Positions 1-9,773 of a stretch of DNA of 64,000 bases are shown here, one piece after another. The position numbers were made by a program, and so were the translations under genes. Source of the stretch: a virus (lineage: Duplodnaviria > Heunggongvirae > Uroviricota > Caudoviricetes). The notes below the pieces were generated by a model that searched no databases, was not told where the DNA came from, and was given only the letters and a program-made list of their open reading frames with translations. The DNA lies in the IMG/VR virus record IMGVR_UViG_3300033120_000611. One strand, given 5' to 3'. Position 1 is the first letter of the stretch. Every line of letters starts with the position of its first letter.

Positions 1-50
1 ATCTCTCCCTGTGAATTTTGCAGTTATGCTTTTCATTTTGTTGATTTTTG

Positions 51-121
51 CACCCACCCCAAGATTCGAACTCAGATCTTAGGTTTTGGAGACCTCTATT
101 CTACCATTGAACTAGGCGGGT
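51..121 (-). tRNA. tRNA, probable Trp (anticodon CCA)
   Basis: Reverse complement shows a 7-bp acceptor stem (ACCCGCC/GGTGGGT), a GTTCGAATC T-loop with a 5-bp T-stem, and an anticodon loop cuCCAaa. The anticodon stem is imperfect, so the isotype is tentative. Confidence 0.6.
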
Positions 122-282
122 GTGTGATTGTTGTTTAACTCCGGAAATCAACCGGCCAATATGTCAATGAACTAAAATAAGCTTAAGAGACCAGTCAGAA
201 TCCTCAAAGGATATCCACCTCAAGGGCTTCTATCCTATGTGATATTCTCGTTTTAATCCTACTGTCACAGTCTCTTGTGCGC

Positions 283-357
<75 letters not shown>

Positions 358-361
358 GATA

Positions 362-401
362 TTAAAAAACCCCTCTTTTGTGGAGAGGGGTTTTATATTT
401 T
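362..401. terminator. bidirectional rho-independent terminator hairpin
   Basis: CCCCTCT-tttgtgg-AGAGGGG stem-loop flanked by TTTTTT on the minus strand and TTTTATATTTT on the plus strand. It lies immediately downstream of the minus-strand operon that ends at 541. Confidence 0.6.
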
Positions 402-540
402 GAATATATAAAGTTATCACTCTCATGTTCGTATAGGCGTAGCTAGGGCATCAAATCCGGGGATCTGTGACCAATTATAACTATGCACGAGACATTTCAT
501 ACTGCGAAGATAGCAATAATTTTGATATTTCCAAACTTTA

Positions 541-1104
541 TCAAAAATCAATTACAAGTCCATCTCTACTACCCTCTATTTCAGTAGGTACAAAAGTCTT
601 TGGAATCGGCTTGGGTACTAGCTCTTTTATGGCCTCAATGGCTATATTACGAGAAGAAGTTGGTACAACATAGGAGTATTTTAGCTTTTCCCCAGTTTTA
701 TAGAAATGGGTAAGCAAGAATAAATCCTTTTCATAACAATCTTCTAACCACTGATCTAGATCAAAAATACCTAAATCATGTAATACCTGAAGACCATAGC
801 AGTTTGCCTCCCATTCGTAATCTAGGAGCCTTCTAAGCAACTCTTCATCCGGATTCTTATGTAGAACTGATCCTAGCTCTTTTAGAGCCTCATCAGTCCC
901 CCATTGAACAGCATGACCTATCATGTGTAGTACATTGAAGAGCTCATCTTCGTCATTCATGTCGAAGTTGATCCATATTTTTGTTCCGTTTAGATCTCCT
1001 TTGAAGTAGGGATTGAGGGTCTTTGAGTCAATCAGGATGATACCCATCCCAGTCGCATAGTCCCTAACCCTATGTAGTATCTGGGTGAATTTTCCTGTTT
1101 CCAT
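541..1104 (-). CDS. hypothetical protein, last gene of the ABC operon; contains an HMIGH (HxxxH) motif, possible metal-binding or peptidase-like
   Basis: 187-aa ORF whose start overlaps the stop of the ATPase gene (translational coupling). The only motif seen is LHMIGHAVQWG; no confident family assignment. Confidence 0.5.
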   Translation of the reverse strand: METGKFTQILHRVRDYATGMGIILIDSKTLNPYFKGDLNGTKIWINFDMNDEDELFNVLHMIGHAVQWGTDEALKELGSVLHKNPDEELLRRLLDYEWEANCYGLQVLHDLGIFDLDQWLEDCYEKDLFLLTHFYKTGEKLKYSYVVPTSSRNIAIEAIKELVPKPIPKTFVPTEIEGSRDGLVIDF

Positions 1105-1901
1105 TATATTATACTCTCAAGATAGTTTACAATGTCATTGAATTGAGTGCTCTTTCTTATTGCCGGCGTTCTGATTCCAAGATCTACCTTCACATGTTGC
1201 TTAATCTGACTAGGGCCAGCTTGCATGATATAAATATCATTTGCTACTGCAACTGCCTCATATGGATCATGTGTCACTAGAACTATTGTTGGATTTAGAT
1301 CCTTAACTTCACCATTATGAAATAGCTCAATTAAGAAGTCCTGCATCTTCCGGCGTGTTGTTGTGTCCAAGGCTGAGAATGGTTCATCCATTAGGATCAT
1401 CTTAGGATTAGCGACTAGCGATCTTGCTATAGCTACTCTCTGAAGCTGTCCACCAGATAAAGCCGGGCCTTTGGCGTATTTCTTCTCATGGCCCTCAAGT
1501 CCTACGATCTTTATCATGTTCATAGCTTGTTCGACAGCATCTTTTCTCTTATATCCCTTTAGGGTAAGAGGAAGAGCTACATTGTCCAGAACGCTATACC
1601 ATTCTAAAGAGGAAGGCATTTGAAATACCATGGGTATTGTATCTTTGTTGGTGAGGTGTCTTCCTTCATAAAAGATCTCGCCAGAGGTTGGCTTTTGTAA
1701 GCCTGTGAAGTATTTTAGAAAAGTTGATTTACCACATCCAGATGGTCCCATAAGTGCTACGAATTGTCCCTTATCTGGTACATCCTCTATAGCAAAATTT
1801 ATGTTATCAAATAGATTATATGGCTTACCATTCTTATCTAAATATGTCTGAGTGATGTTCTTCAACTCAAGTATGTTAGCTGATCCACTATAGTTACTCA
1901 T
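1104..1901 (-). CDS. ABC transporter ATP-binding protein, NitT/TauT (SsuB/TauB-like) family
   Basis: Walker A GPSGCGKST, ABC signature LSGGQLQRVAIAR, Walker B ILMDEPFSALD and an H-loop VTHD, in a 265-aa protein. Confidence 0.9.
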   Translation of the reverse strand: MSNYSGSANILELKNITQTYLDKNGKPYNLFDNINFAIEDVPDKGQFVALMGPSGCGKSTFLKYFTGLQKPTSGEIFYEGRHLTNKDTIPMVFQMPSSLEWYSVLDNVALPLTLKGYKRKDAVEQAMNMIKIVGLEGHEKKYAKGPALSGGQLQRVAIARSLVANPKMILMDEPFSALDTTTRRKMQDFLIELFHNGEVKDLNPTIVLVTHDPYEAVAVANDIYIMQAGPSQIKQHVKVDLGIRTPAIRKSTQFNDIVNYLESII

Positions 1902-2101
1902 ATTTTACCTTCTTTAATTAAACCCTCTACAATTACTACCGGAATAAGACCAATAGTTATAGTAGTAGTAAATGCTGCTAATCCTCCTACTATACCAATA
2001 CTAGTACCTGGGTATGATATATTTAGGATTAACCCACCAATAAAAAGAGTTAAATCTATAGTTATAGCCATACCATATGCTATTCTAGATGTAATTTTCA
2101 T
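1898..2101 (-). CDS. small hydrophobic membrane peptide (2 predicted TM helices) nested between permease and ATPase genes
   Basis: 67-aa ORF. Its start and stop codons overlap the neighbouring genes (ATGA overlaps) and it is very hydrophobic. Confidence 0.5.
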   Translation of the reverse strand: MKITSRIAYGMAITIDLTLFIGGLILNISYPGTSIGIVGGLAAFTTTITIGLIPVVIVEGLIKEGKI

Positions 2102-2862
2102 GAGTATTTGAATTTAAAACCTATCCGGTCAAGCCATTTGAAAATCTGATCCTGGATCACACCAATAATAATGATAATGACTATAGCATCATAGGCTATA
2201 CCTATATTGGCTTGCCTTTCTGCTAGTTGAATCATATGGCCTAAACCACCTTGATCATTTTTCATCTCAGCTACTATTATATATGTCCAGCTAATACCAA
2301 TAAGAATACGAATGTCATCAGATAGTCTTGCGATTACTGATTCCCATTGAACATACCGGAAAGTTTGCCATCTACTAGCTCCTAATGTTTGCATCATCTG
2401 TAAGTGAACAGTATTAACCTCATCAATTCTCTGAACTATGACTGGAACTAGGTAAACCCAGATACCAAAAGCTAGAAAATGGATTTTAGTCCATAGTGTT
2501 AATCCACTTATAGCAATAAAAAGTCCACCAAGTGCTGTAATTGGAACAAATCTTAGAGAATCTATCTGCTGACTAAACATAGATCGAGTAGTTTTGAATA
2601 AGCCTAAAGCAAATCCAAATGGTAAAGCAAATAGTATTGCCTCAAGATACCCAGCAAAGTTTAGCTTAATAGAGAACCAGATATTATCTATCAGATTATT
2701 CTCAGGGTTAGGATCACTTACCACCTTACCTAAAGCATCTATACACTTTTCCGGCGATGGAAGTATATGGCTATTAACAATCTCGAGTGAAGAAATAATG
2801 TACCAGGCGACTAGTAAAACTAGCCAACCTGATACATTAAGGAATGATGATTTCATTACCAA
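2098..2862 (-). CDS. ABC transporter permease (SsuC/TauC-like)
   Basis: 254 aa with multiple TM segments and an EAA-like loop region (LGASRWQTFRYV). Its position between the SBP and ATPase genes supports the call. Confidence 0.8.
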   Translation of the reverse strand: MVMKSSFLNVSGWLVLLVAWYIISSLEIVNSHILPSPEKCIDALGKVVSDPNPENNLIDNIWFSIKLNFAGYLEAILFALPFGFALGLFKTTRSMFSQQIDSLRFVPITALGGLFIAISGLTLWTKIHFLAFGIWVYLVPVIVQRIDEVNTVHLQMMQTLGASRWQTFRYVQWESVIARLSDDIRILIGISWTYIIVAEMKNDQGGLGHMIQLAERQANIGIAYDAIVIIIIIGVIQDQIFKWLDRIGFKFKYS

Positions 2863-4406
2863 ACAAAATTCACGTCTGTTCTTCTATTCTTGTCCTGGCA
2901 CTCGTCTGTTAGCTCAGTACATAGTGGATTACTGTATCCATTACCTACAACTATAAACTTATTCCTATTAAACTTATGCTCAGCTACTAAGTAGTTTACT
3001 ACTGATTGTGCTCTAGCTTCAGAAAGAGGTTTGTTTATTACTGCAGTACCTTTATTATCAGTATTACCTTCTACTCTTATACGAGCTTGAGCAAAACCTT
3101 CAGCCAGGCCTGTTACTTCTCTATCAATTATAGTCTTGGCTTGATCATCCAGAACTGATGAATTGAATGCAAAGTTGAGCGTTATATGCTTAGTTCCTTG
3201 TGCAGGAGCCTTCTTCTCTACTTCTGTAGGTGGAGTAAAGGTAGCTACTGGCGCTGTAGATTGATTAGGATCCTTAGCCAGATCAGTAAGAAGTATATCT
3301 TCTATCACTGAAGCATCATTTACTTCTCTCCATGCTGCAGGAACTGAGGCAAGTTTAGCATCTGTATACTTTACAGCCATACGGCCATACATCTTTTCTC
3401 CAGTTACACCAGTGTACGTAGCATCAAGACCAAAGAACACTTTGTTATCCTGAAGAGTACAGAACCTAACTTTAGTTGAGCTAATTGCAGCTACATCTTC
3501 AGGGAAGTCAAAGTATTTAGAGAATAGAGCATTTGCCTCTTTACGAGCTGTGGTACTACTATTGATTTCCCCATTACCTTTCATCCAGGCAGAAATAACC
3601 TTAGTTATCTTCTCTCTCTTTGCTTTTAGATTATCAGCTGTTACCAGAAGACCGTCTGCAATGATCTGAGTAGCTGTAGCTGTACTTACAAGCACTGATG
3701 ATCCAGGAACAGCTGCTACGCAATCTGCATCATCTGGAGCCCATACTAAAGCTGCATCACATGAATTAGATTTAAAAGCTGCAGCTGCTTCAATACCATC
3801 CTTTACTTTATATGGAATTATATCAGCCATAGTAAGGCCGGATGTCTCCAGAAAGTTAATTAGGAGAGTATTTGATGCGGTACCTACTGCATAAGCTACT
3901 TTTTTACCTTTGAGATCGGAAGCCTTAGTAATACCTTTAGTCACTACGAGAGCATCTGCTCCACGACTTTCATTCACTTTGAATATTACTTTGGTTTTAG
4001 TCTCAAGTAGTTGAGAACTCGAACTCATTTCTATGGGTAGAGCATCAATAGTACAGTATACAAGATCCAGTACTCCAGCTGTAAGGCCGGCACGTGTATC
4101 ATTTACTGCATCCATTTTTTTGATCTGAAGCTTCACGCCATACTCAGTATAAAGACGACTACTTGTATTAGGTTCCATACCACCATTCATGAGGATCAGA
4201 CCCTCCATTCCCGGGAAAGTATTATAAGCTACTACTACATCAGCATCTTTGTTGATATCCAGCTTAGTAGCTGCTGCAGTTTTACTTGCTTTATCAAATG
4301 TATTCGTCTTGGAAAGGTACTTATGTCCAAAGAACAGACCTATTCCGAGGACAATCGCTATGATTGCCCAGCCCACTGGGGCTATTGATTTAAAAGGATT
4401 ATTCAT
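2856..4406 (-). CDS. membrane-anchored SsuA/NMT1-like substrate-binding protein fused to a C-terminal OmpA-like peptidoglycan-binding domain
   Basis: N-terminal TM helix, then a periplasmic-binding-protein-like body of about 330 aa, then a C-terminal stretch with the OmpA_C hallmark pattern (ITLNFAFNSSVL...RIRVEGNTDNKGT..NKPLSEARAQSVVNYL...RRTDVNFV). Confidence 0.75.
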   Translation of the reverse strand: MNNPFKSIAPVGWAIIAIVLGIGLFFGHKYLSKTNTFDKASKTAAATKLDINKDADVVVAYNTFPGMEGLILMNGGMEPNTSSRLYTEYGVKLQIKKMDAVNDTRAGLTAGVLDLVYCTIDALPIEMSSSSQLLETKTKVIFKVNESRGADALVVTKGITKASDLKGKKVAYAVGTASNTLLINFLETSGLTMADIIPYKVKDGIEAAAAFKSNSCDAALVWAPDDADCVAAVPGSSVLVSTATATQIIADGLLVTADNLKAKREKITKVISAWMKGNGEINSSTTARKEANALFSKYFDFPEDVAAISSTKVRFCTLQDNKVFFGLDATYTGVTGEKMYGRMAVKYTDAKLASVPAAWREVNDASVIEDILLTDLAKDPNQSTAPVATFTPPTEVEKKAPAQGTKHITLNFAFNSSVLDDQAKTIIDREVTGLAEGFAQARIRVEGNTDNKGTAVINKPLSEARAQSVVNYLVAEHKFNRNKFIVVGNGYSNPLCTELTDECQDKNRRTDVNFVW

Positions 4407-4413
4407 TTCTTGA

Positions 4414-5370
4414 TTATGATTTATTAAAGAATTTTTGTCTTACCGGTTGACCTACAGGAACCTGGGCATTCAGGTCTACTCCCACTGTAAGTGGAAGATT
4501 ATTAGCATTCATGTAATTCTGAAGTTCTGTAAGACCTGCATCAATATTAGCCTGTTTTTCAACAGCAATACTATCAGTTAAAGTCTTAGATCTCTTCTCG
4601 AATCCATCAATGTAACCTATATATTGAGTGGTCTGCTCTTCGAGTTCTTTAATAGACTGACCATAAGCTCTAGCAGCTTCATTATCTGAATTAATAAAGT
4701 CCTCAGCGCTTTTCAGGCCCTTGAAGATTTCCTTATTTAATTCAAATTCTTTACGCTTACTATCGATCTGGTATGTTAGCCTATCAATTGTAGTAGATGA
4801 AGCCTCAGCTAAATTCTGCATGAGCTCCAAACTTGTGTATGTTCTATCCAGGAGTGGTTTAAGCCTATCCATTCTACCCTTATCAGTCTGAGCCTTTAGA
4901 CCCTCAGTGCCAGCTATACTCTGCTTACCTTGTTTATAGGCAGCAGCTGCTAGTTCCATATGACTTTTATAGGATTCTTTTAAAGTCTCCATCTCTCTTT
5001 CACCTTTTTGCTTCTTGCCTAACAATACATCAATAGATTTATTTAGCTTCCTTAGCTTATTAGTTAGAAAATCAACATATCTATCCATAACTGATAGGGG
5101 ATCCATCTTGATCATGAGGTTACGTAACTTTACCTGTAAGGTAATGATAGAACTCCAAACCATAAATGGATTAAGTATAGCATAGAGAGTAATAAAAGCC
5201 AGAGGTATACCAAATCCAAGGAAGATATAAATATTCTTCATAGCTTCTATGATCTCTGGTAGAAATGCATTCACCACCTTAGCACCTATAAATAAGGTAC
5301 CTAAGATTATAGCAACAGCTATAACCTTTTGCATTGGTGTGCTCGGTTTAGTTATATCAGATGCTTGCAT
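4414..5370 (-). CDS. membrane-anchored coiled-coil protein (N-terminal TM hairpin plus long heptad-rich region)
   Basis: 318 aa. The first ~70 aa are hydrophobic (two TM segments); the rest is charged with coiled-coil character (K/E/Q-rich). No enzyme motifs. Confidence 0.55.
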   Translation of the reverse strand: MQASDITKPSTPMQKVIAVAIILGTLFIGAKVVNAFLPEIIEAMKNIYIFLGFGIPLAFITLYAILNPFMVWSSIITLQVKLRNLMIKMDPLSVMDRYVDFLTNKLRKLNKSIDVLLGKKQKGEREMETLKESYKSHMELAAAAYKQGKQSIAGTEGLKAQTDKGRMDRLKPLLDRTYTSLELMQNLAEASSTTIDRLTYQIDSKRKEFELNKEIFKGLKSAEDFINSDNEAARAYGQSIKELEEQTTQYIGYIDGFEKRSKTLTDSIAVEKQANIDAGLTELQNYMNANNLPLTVGVDLNAQVPVGQPVRQKFFNKS

Positions 5371-5995
5371 TGGCTTTGAGATATTGGTTTATCTTTGCCA
5401 CTCTATCTGCTATAATAGACCGGACATTAGTGAGGGAATACTGGAATGCTTGTTTCTCAACATTAATAGCATTAGTTGAGTCAAACACCTCTTTAGTAAG
5501 AGTTTGTGATTGCTGATTGTTAGCTTCTATCTCAGCTGCTAATTGCTGGTTCCTCTTAGCAAGATCAGCTATTTTCTGATTCTTAGCATCTATATCAGAT
5601 GCTATTACTGCAGCTTCCTCCTGGTTAAAGGATTGTTCTTCCTCAGCGAGTTTAGAGAGATAGTAGTTAGCTGATTGCTCGAGATCAGCAGGCTTAACTC
5701 CCATAGACTTAGCAGCAGAATAAGCTAGCTCATATTTAGCTTGCTCACCTATTGCCTTACCATCCATATCAAGTAAAGTCTTATTGAATTCGAAAAAATC
5801 AAAGCCTGGTTGATTATTCTTCTCCAAAACTTCAGAGAGATAATCATCATAGTTGCGACTCGCATTACCTACCGGTAGCTTACCTAACGGTTGTAATGGA
5901 GCTACAATAGTAGCAGCTGGCTTAGCTGTTGGTGAAGTTACTTCCACCTCCTCATCAGGCTTGAGGAATCCTATTTTCTGTAGGAAATTTGCCAT
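5357..5995 (-). CDS. soluble coiled-coil protein, PspA/IM30-like architecture (weak)
   Basis: 212 aa with a long Q/E/A-rich heptad region (AEIEANNQQSQTL...) and the conserved upstream motif before its ATG. Confidence 0.5.
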   Translation of the reverse strand: MANFLQKIGFLKPDEEVEVTSPTAKPAATIVAPLQPLGKLPVGNASRNYDDYLSEVLEKNNQPGFDFFEFNKTLLDMDGKAIGEQAKYELAYSAAKSMGVKPADLEQSANYYLSKLAEEEQSFNQEEAAVIASDIDAKNQKIADLAKRNQQLAAEIEANNQQSQTLTKEVFDSTNAINVEKQAFQYSLTNVRSIIADRVAKINQYLKANASI

Positions 5996-6024
5996 TGTTG
6001 TAGTTTGTTGTTGGTTAAAAAATA

Positions 6025-6405
6025 TTAGAATGTCTGAACTGGCTGCTTTGGAACTCTAGGGAATCTCTTCTCTACTTCAGTTACAAATAGCTTACCTGTA
6101 GACACCTCAGAATTTTCCGGAATATCTATGGTCATAATAGTCTTACCATTACGAGCATTATCCAGGGCTATCCTACGGCCTTCCTTTTTATCAAATTTGT
6201 CTGGAGCAACTGGAGACTGAATGTCTACTATAGCTCCTGTATGAGTAAACCGGAGTAGACCAGTCTTACCTTTAAAGCATATAGCTTGCCCTACATGAAT
6301 TTGATTCCCCTTAACAAGACCTGCCAGGGTTAGACGATTTTTGTTTTTCTTCGTCACATCAGGATAGTAGAAAAACACTACGTCCTGATCTATTTTTTCC
6401 GCCAT
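6025..6405 (-). CDS. hypothetical protein, first gene of the tRNA-flanked operon
   Basis: 126-aa ORF preceded by an A-rich upstream motif. Confidence 0.5.
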   Translation of the reverse strand: MAEKIDQDVVFFYYPDVTKKNKNRLTLAGLVKGNQIHVGQAICFKGKTGLLRFTHTGAIVDIQSPVAPDKFDKKEGRRIALDNARNGKTIMTIDIPENSEVSTGKLFVTEVEKRFPRVPKQPVQTF

Positions 6406-6492
6406 GATTGTTGGTTTTAAAACAGTTAATAAAAATTCTTCCGCTCCATTAATCGGATTTGGACATGTTCCAACCCCTTAATATTGCGATTG

Positions 6493-6564
6493 TGACCCTA
6501 CCAGGAATCGAACCTAGATCCACAGATTAGAAATCTGTTGCTCTATCCGTTGAGCTATAAGGCC
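6493..6564 (-). tRNA. tRNA-Arg (anticodon TCT)
   Basis: Reverse complement has a GGCCTTA acceptor stem, TAGCTCAACGGATAGAGC D-arm, anticodon stem ACAGA/TCTGT with loop ttTCTaa, and a GGTTCGATTCC T-arm. Confidence 0.8.
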
Positions 6565-6629
6565 TGGATGGGAGGAGTGGGTTCTAGCCACTACAGCTCC
6601 CACATGACTAGACTTCGTTGGCACTACAG

Positions 6630-6815
6630 TCAAGTCTTTTTTGTTGGTTTACTTCTTTTAGGAGATGGTGACCCACTTTCAACACCTCGATAATTTCCAA
6701 AAGGACTTCCTTCTACAAAGCTTTCACTTACCCTACCTTGTCTATAAGAAAAATCAGCTTCTCTAGGCTGTCCATATGACTTGCCTATATGTCTGCTGCC
6801 TACGGTTGTAAACAT
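6630..6815 (-). CDS. small basic protein (61 aa, SPSPKRSKPTKKT tail)
   Basis: Internal ATG of the 86-aa track ORF. The conserved upstream motif (AATCTCAAAACAAATAGTT-ATG) sits exactly before this ATG and not before the upstream one. Confidence 0.45.
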   Translation of the reverse strand: MFTTVGSRHIGKSYGQPREADFSYRQGRVSESFVEGSPFGNYRGVESGSPSPKRSKPTKKT

Positions 6816-7001
6816 AACTATTTGTTTTGAGATTAAAGAATATTTTTCAAGAAAAAGAGCGGGTCTTCCCACTTTTATGATAAGACCCAACCCTTTTTTA
6901 ACCCACGAATGTGTCGATCAGTGCTAATATGAAGCAGATCACAACAAATATGATTATAGAGTAGTATGGATCACAATTTTTTAGTTGCATGAGTCAAAAT
7001 T

Positions 7002-7247
7002 TTATGGTAAATTACCGGCGATGAATCTTGCATCATCACCAAAGTATCTAATTGTCGGTGTATTAGGAATTATCATTCCAGGAAACATTACACTGATATA
7101 ATGCTTTTCCTCTTCATTCACTATTTCAACTTCTCCTACATAGTAAATTGAATATTTACTGTCATCCTTGAATGGAGAGGAATGACCAGGACTCCATTGC
7201 ACTTGGTACAACTTACCTGAGTTAGGATCTTTACTTGTTATTAACAT
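7002..7247 (-). CDS. hypothetical small protein
   Basis: 81-aa ORF in the minus-strand gene array. Confidence 0.4.
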   Translation of the reverse strand: MLITSKDPNSGKLYQVQWSPGHSSPFKDDSKYSIYYVGEVEIVNEEEKHYISVMFPGMIIPNTPTIRYFGDDARFIAGNLP

Positions 7248-7331
7248 GATTGATGATTATACGAGATAGAGAAAAAAAGACTAGAGAAGCTTCTCAGCCT
7301 CTCTAGTCCAACTAGGTTGTAAGAAAATGAA

Positions 7332-7589
7332 TCAGACCTCCAAGGTACCAGCTACAGATTCTATAATAGGGGTCAAACCCACTCCATGCAAAGAGAAGCC
7401 CACAAACTCAGCCATGAAACCTACTATTGTAGATTCAGCATGTACGTGACTTAGAGCTACACCTAACGCGGCTATTGTCAAACCTACGATCACACGATGT
7501 CTTTTCGAGTGATCCTTACCAAATAGGTGATTGCTTACATGCTTAGGTAAGTTTAATGCATTAGCAATTGCTGTTAAGAATTTTTTCAT
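7332..7589 (-). CDS. hypothetical small protein with a hydrophobic core (possible membrane protein)
   Basis: 85-aa ORF containing GLTIAALGVALS and VGFMAEFVGFSL hydrophobic segments. Confidence 0.45.
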   Translation of the reverse strand: MKKFLTAIANALNLPKHVSNHLFGKDHSKRHRVIVGLTIAALGVALSHVHAESTIVGFMAEFVGFSLHGVGLTPIIESVAGTLEV

Positions 7590-7638
7590 AACAAACTAGT
7601 TTATGATGAACAATAAAAACAGCCGGAAGCCGGATTGA

Positions 7639-7803
7639 TCAATCAATCTGGCGAATTTGGGAGAATGGAATCTCCTTCACTCCATCTTTGGTCGAGTGAG
7701 CCCTCACTAAGTTTTTGTGATGATCGAACTCTATTCTTGTTACTTCTGTGAGAGATAGCTCATCAATAGCATTGCCTGTTGGTGAATAAGTAATGGTCTT
7801 CAT
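7639..7803 (-). CDS. small hypothetical protein (54 aa), not in the ORF track
   Basis: I translated it by hand: MKTITYSPTGNAIDELSLTEVTRIEFDHHKNLVRAHSTKDGVKEIPFSQIRQID. It is preceded by a perfect copy of the upstream motif TTTTTTAACCACAAAAACAATTTTAAA-ATG. Confidence 0.45.
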   Translation of the reverse strand: MKTITYSPTGNAIDELSLTEVTRIEFDHHKNLVRAHSTKDGVKEIPFSQIRQID

Positions 7804-7935
7804 TTTAAAATTGTTTTTGTGGTTAAAAAATAAAAGTGATGTATTTGGGTTCGACCCACAACCTTATTTCAGTTGATAATCAAAAAAGGAAAGCCTATAT
7901 TGCTATAGACTTTCCAATTATTAAGCACGGTCAGC

Positions 7936-8304
7936 TTATTTAGCGCCCAGCTCTTCCTTGAACTCTTCTTCGAGCTCATGGAGTGCTTCCTGCGCATCTT
8001 CCTGGTCATTGTCACCAGAGTCAGAGATATCTGTATCCGCATGCTCCTGGTCGAGGGCCGGTGTAGGTTTGCCTTCATTCACCCATGCGTCATATGACTC
8101 AGCGAAGCGGTTGTCTCCATTACCTTTTGTCCAGGCCTGGTAGTCAGCTTCTACAGCTGCATCTTCAGACTCTTTCTCAGAGTACGGGATCATATCCATT
8201 GATACCAAAGCCCTGCCTTCAGCGAGGAGTTCAGTCTTGAGTAATGCGCCTGCTGCGAGTATGGCGGCTGTCCTTGTTGTGTTTTTTTGCGTGATCTTTT
8301 TCAT
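7936..8304 (-). CDS. hypothetical acidic protein, paralog A of a tandem pair
   Basis: 122 aa. Shares N-terminal MKIT-R/KT-AAGAL-TE--AEG-AL and the internal motif DKPTPALD-EHA with the downstream gene. Upstream motif present. Confidence 0.6.
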   Translation of the reverse strand: MKKITQKNTTRTAAILAAGALLKTELLAEGRALVSMDMIPYSEKESEDAAVEADYQAWTKGNGDNRFAESYDAWVNEGKPTPALDQEHADTDISDSGDNDQEDAQEALHELEEEFKEELGAK

Positions 8305-8375
8305 TGCAAATTTTGTTGAAGATTAAAAAATAAAAAATTGTGAAAATACTTTGTCTCGTTCTCTAGGTCAGATAC

Positions 8376-8663
8376 TTAGGCCAGTTCACCCACTTCGATG
8401 TTGGCATGTTCCGCATCCAAAGCTGGAGTTGGTTTATCCTGTGACATCCAGTGATTAAAGGCTTGTACGAAGCCTTCTGCTTCTCCTTCTGATTGGCCGG
8501 CTGCCCATGCACCATGGGATTTTTTCCATGCTTCTTCAGTCAGATCGATCAGATCTTTTGGTACGCCTCCATTGTTATGAAGAGCTTTACCCTCAGCCAT
8601 GATCTCTGTCATAAACAGTGCTCCTGCAGCTAGCTGACTTGCTGTCCTTTTTGTAATTTTCAT
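8376..8663 (-). CDS. hypothetical protein, paralog B of the tandem pair
   Basis: 95 aa sharing the same motifs as 7936-8304. Upstream motif TTTTTTTAACCATAAAACAAATCGTA-ATG. Confidence 0.6.
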   Translation of the reverse strand: MKITKRTASQLAAGALFMTEIMAEGKALHNNGGVPKDLIDLTEEAWKKSHGAWAAGQSEGEAEGFVQAFNHWMSQDKPTPALDAEHANIEVGELA

Positions 8664-8709
8664 TACGATTTGTTTTATGGTTAAAAAAATAAAAACGATT
8701 AAGAGTGAA

Positions 8710-8970
8710 TTACTTCACTTTGTGGTCTATCTCCACCTCTTTGATCTCTTCACTAGAGTTGATACCATCATATCTTACGATATAATCGTGATCACCACAG
8801 CCACAGAATGAGACAGCCGGAGTATCTATCACTATAGCTTGTTTGCTTAGCTTAGTCTCTATTACATCTCCGGGATGATATGAGGCGACTTTAGGTTTAG
8901 CACTTGAACATGCTGCGAAAGAAAGAACACATAGGGCGAGGACTGTGAATCTGAGAAATTTGCTTTTCAT
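8710..8970 (-). CDS. small lipoprotein
   Basis: Signal peptide with a lipobox-like LSFAAC followed by Ser (MKSKFLRFTVLALCVLSFAACSS). 86 aa. Confidence 0.55.
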   Translation of the reverse strand: MKSKFLRFTVLALCVLSFAACSSAKPKVASYHPGDVIETKLSKQAIVIDTPAVSFCGCGDHDYIVRYDGINSSEEIKEVEIDHKVK

Positions 8971-9093
8971 GGCAATTTTGTTTTTTTAGTTAATAAATGA
9001 AATAGGGATGTTTATTACCTATAATCAAGGGCCGCTATCCCTCATGCATACACTAACTATCAATACAGAATCATTAAGTATACGACTGTTAAC

Positions 9094-9381
9094 CTACTTG
9101 TAAATGGATGTCGGGTAGACCCTCAAGGCCATCTTAAGCGAGTCAAGTGTCAGTGAGTCATAAGATACATAGTTGTTGATATCAACTGAAAAAGTACGAT
9201 GTAATCTTGTACCCTCTTTGTAAAATGTGACTATATGTATTTCAGGGTTTCCTATGTCTATTGCTAAATCCTCGGGAGCCGCATAGTCTAGGAAAAATGA
9301 TCCTATACCTAATACGAGGATTAGGAATAGTCCAAGGAACTTACCCTGATTTGGTTCTATTTTAGGGAATCTACTTATCAT
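9094..9381 (-). CDS. small membrane protein (N-terminal TM anchor)
   Basis: 95 aa; FLGLFLILVLGIGSFF is a hydrophobic helix. Overlaps the upstream gene by 4 nt. Confidence 0.45.
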   Translation of the reverse strand: MISRFPKIEPNQGKFLGLFLILVLGIGSFFLDYAAPEDLAIDIGNPEIHIVTFYKEGTRLHRTFSVDINNYVSYDSLTLDSLKMALRVYPTSIYK

Positions 9382-9773
9382 ATTAGTGGTTCGTTTTTAA
9401 GTGTGACAGCAATACCATATGCAAAAGCCAGAATTACTGCTACCATAGTATTTAATATCCATCCCATTTCATATGATTGTAGTATCGTAGCTTCAAAATA
9501 TTCCGGGAAGAAGTAAGTAGCTCCTACGAATATAATGGGAAAGAAATGTAACACCATAGCCCAGGCTGCACCCTTACGATATATCCTGGCTGGTACGAGC
9601 TGAGCATAACCAATAATATATATAAGACCTATAGTGATAAGGAATGCAATATCTATATACAATCCTTCCTTATAAGATTCCCACATAGTTGGTTTCTCAT
9701 TCGTAGCCATAGCTGCAAGGGGCATTATCTGACTTGATACGAGAATTACAAAAAAAGTAAAGAGTTTGTTCAT
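9378..9773 (-). CDS. integral membrane protein (about 4 TM helices)
   Basis: 131 aa with four hydrophobic stretches. Upstream motif present. Confidence 0.5.
   Translation of the reverse strand: MNKLFTFFVILVSSQIMPLAAMATNEKPTMWESYKEGLYIDIAFLITIGLIYIIGYAQLVPARIYRKGAAWAMVLHFFPIIFVGATYFFPEYFEATILQSYEMGWILNTMVAVILAFAYGIAVTLKNEPLI

Noticed and set aside
467-673. 68-aa plus-strand ORF
   Set aside because: It overlaps the 3' end of the minus-strand 187-aa gene and the terminator region. It has no upstream motif and is likely spurious.
2594-2956. 120-aa plus-strand ORF antisense to the permease and SBP genes
   Set aside because: It is entirely antisense within well-supported genes.
6816-6890. N-terminal extension of the track ORF 6630-6890
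   Set aside because: The conserved upstream motif sits directly before the internal ATG at 6815, and the extension has no such signal.
7869-8143. ORFs 7869-8078 (minus) and 7958-8143 (plus) overlapping gene 7936-8304
   Set aside because: They are alternative-frame or antisense products of the better-supported paralog gene.
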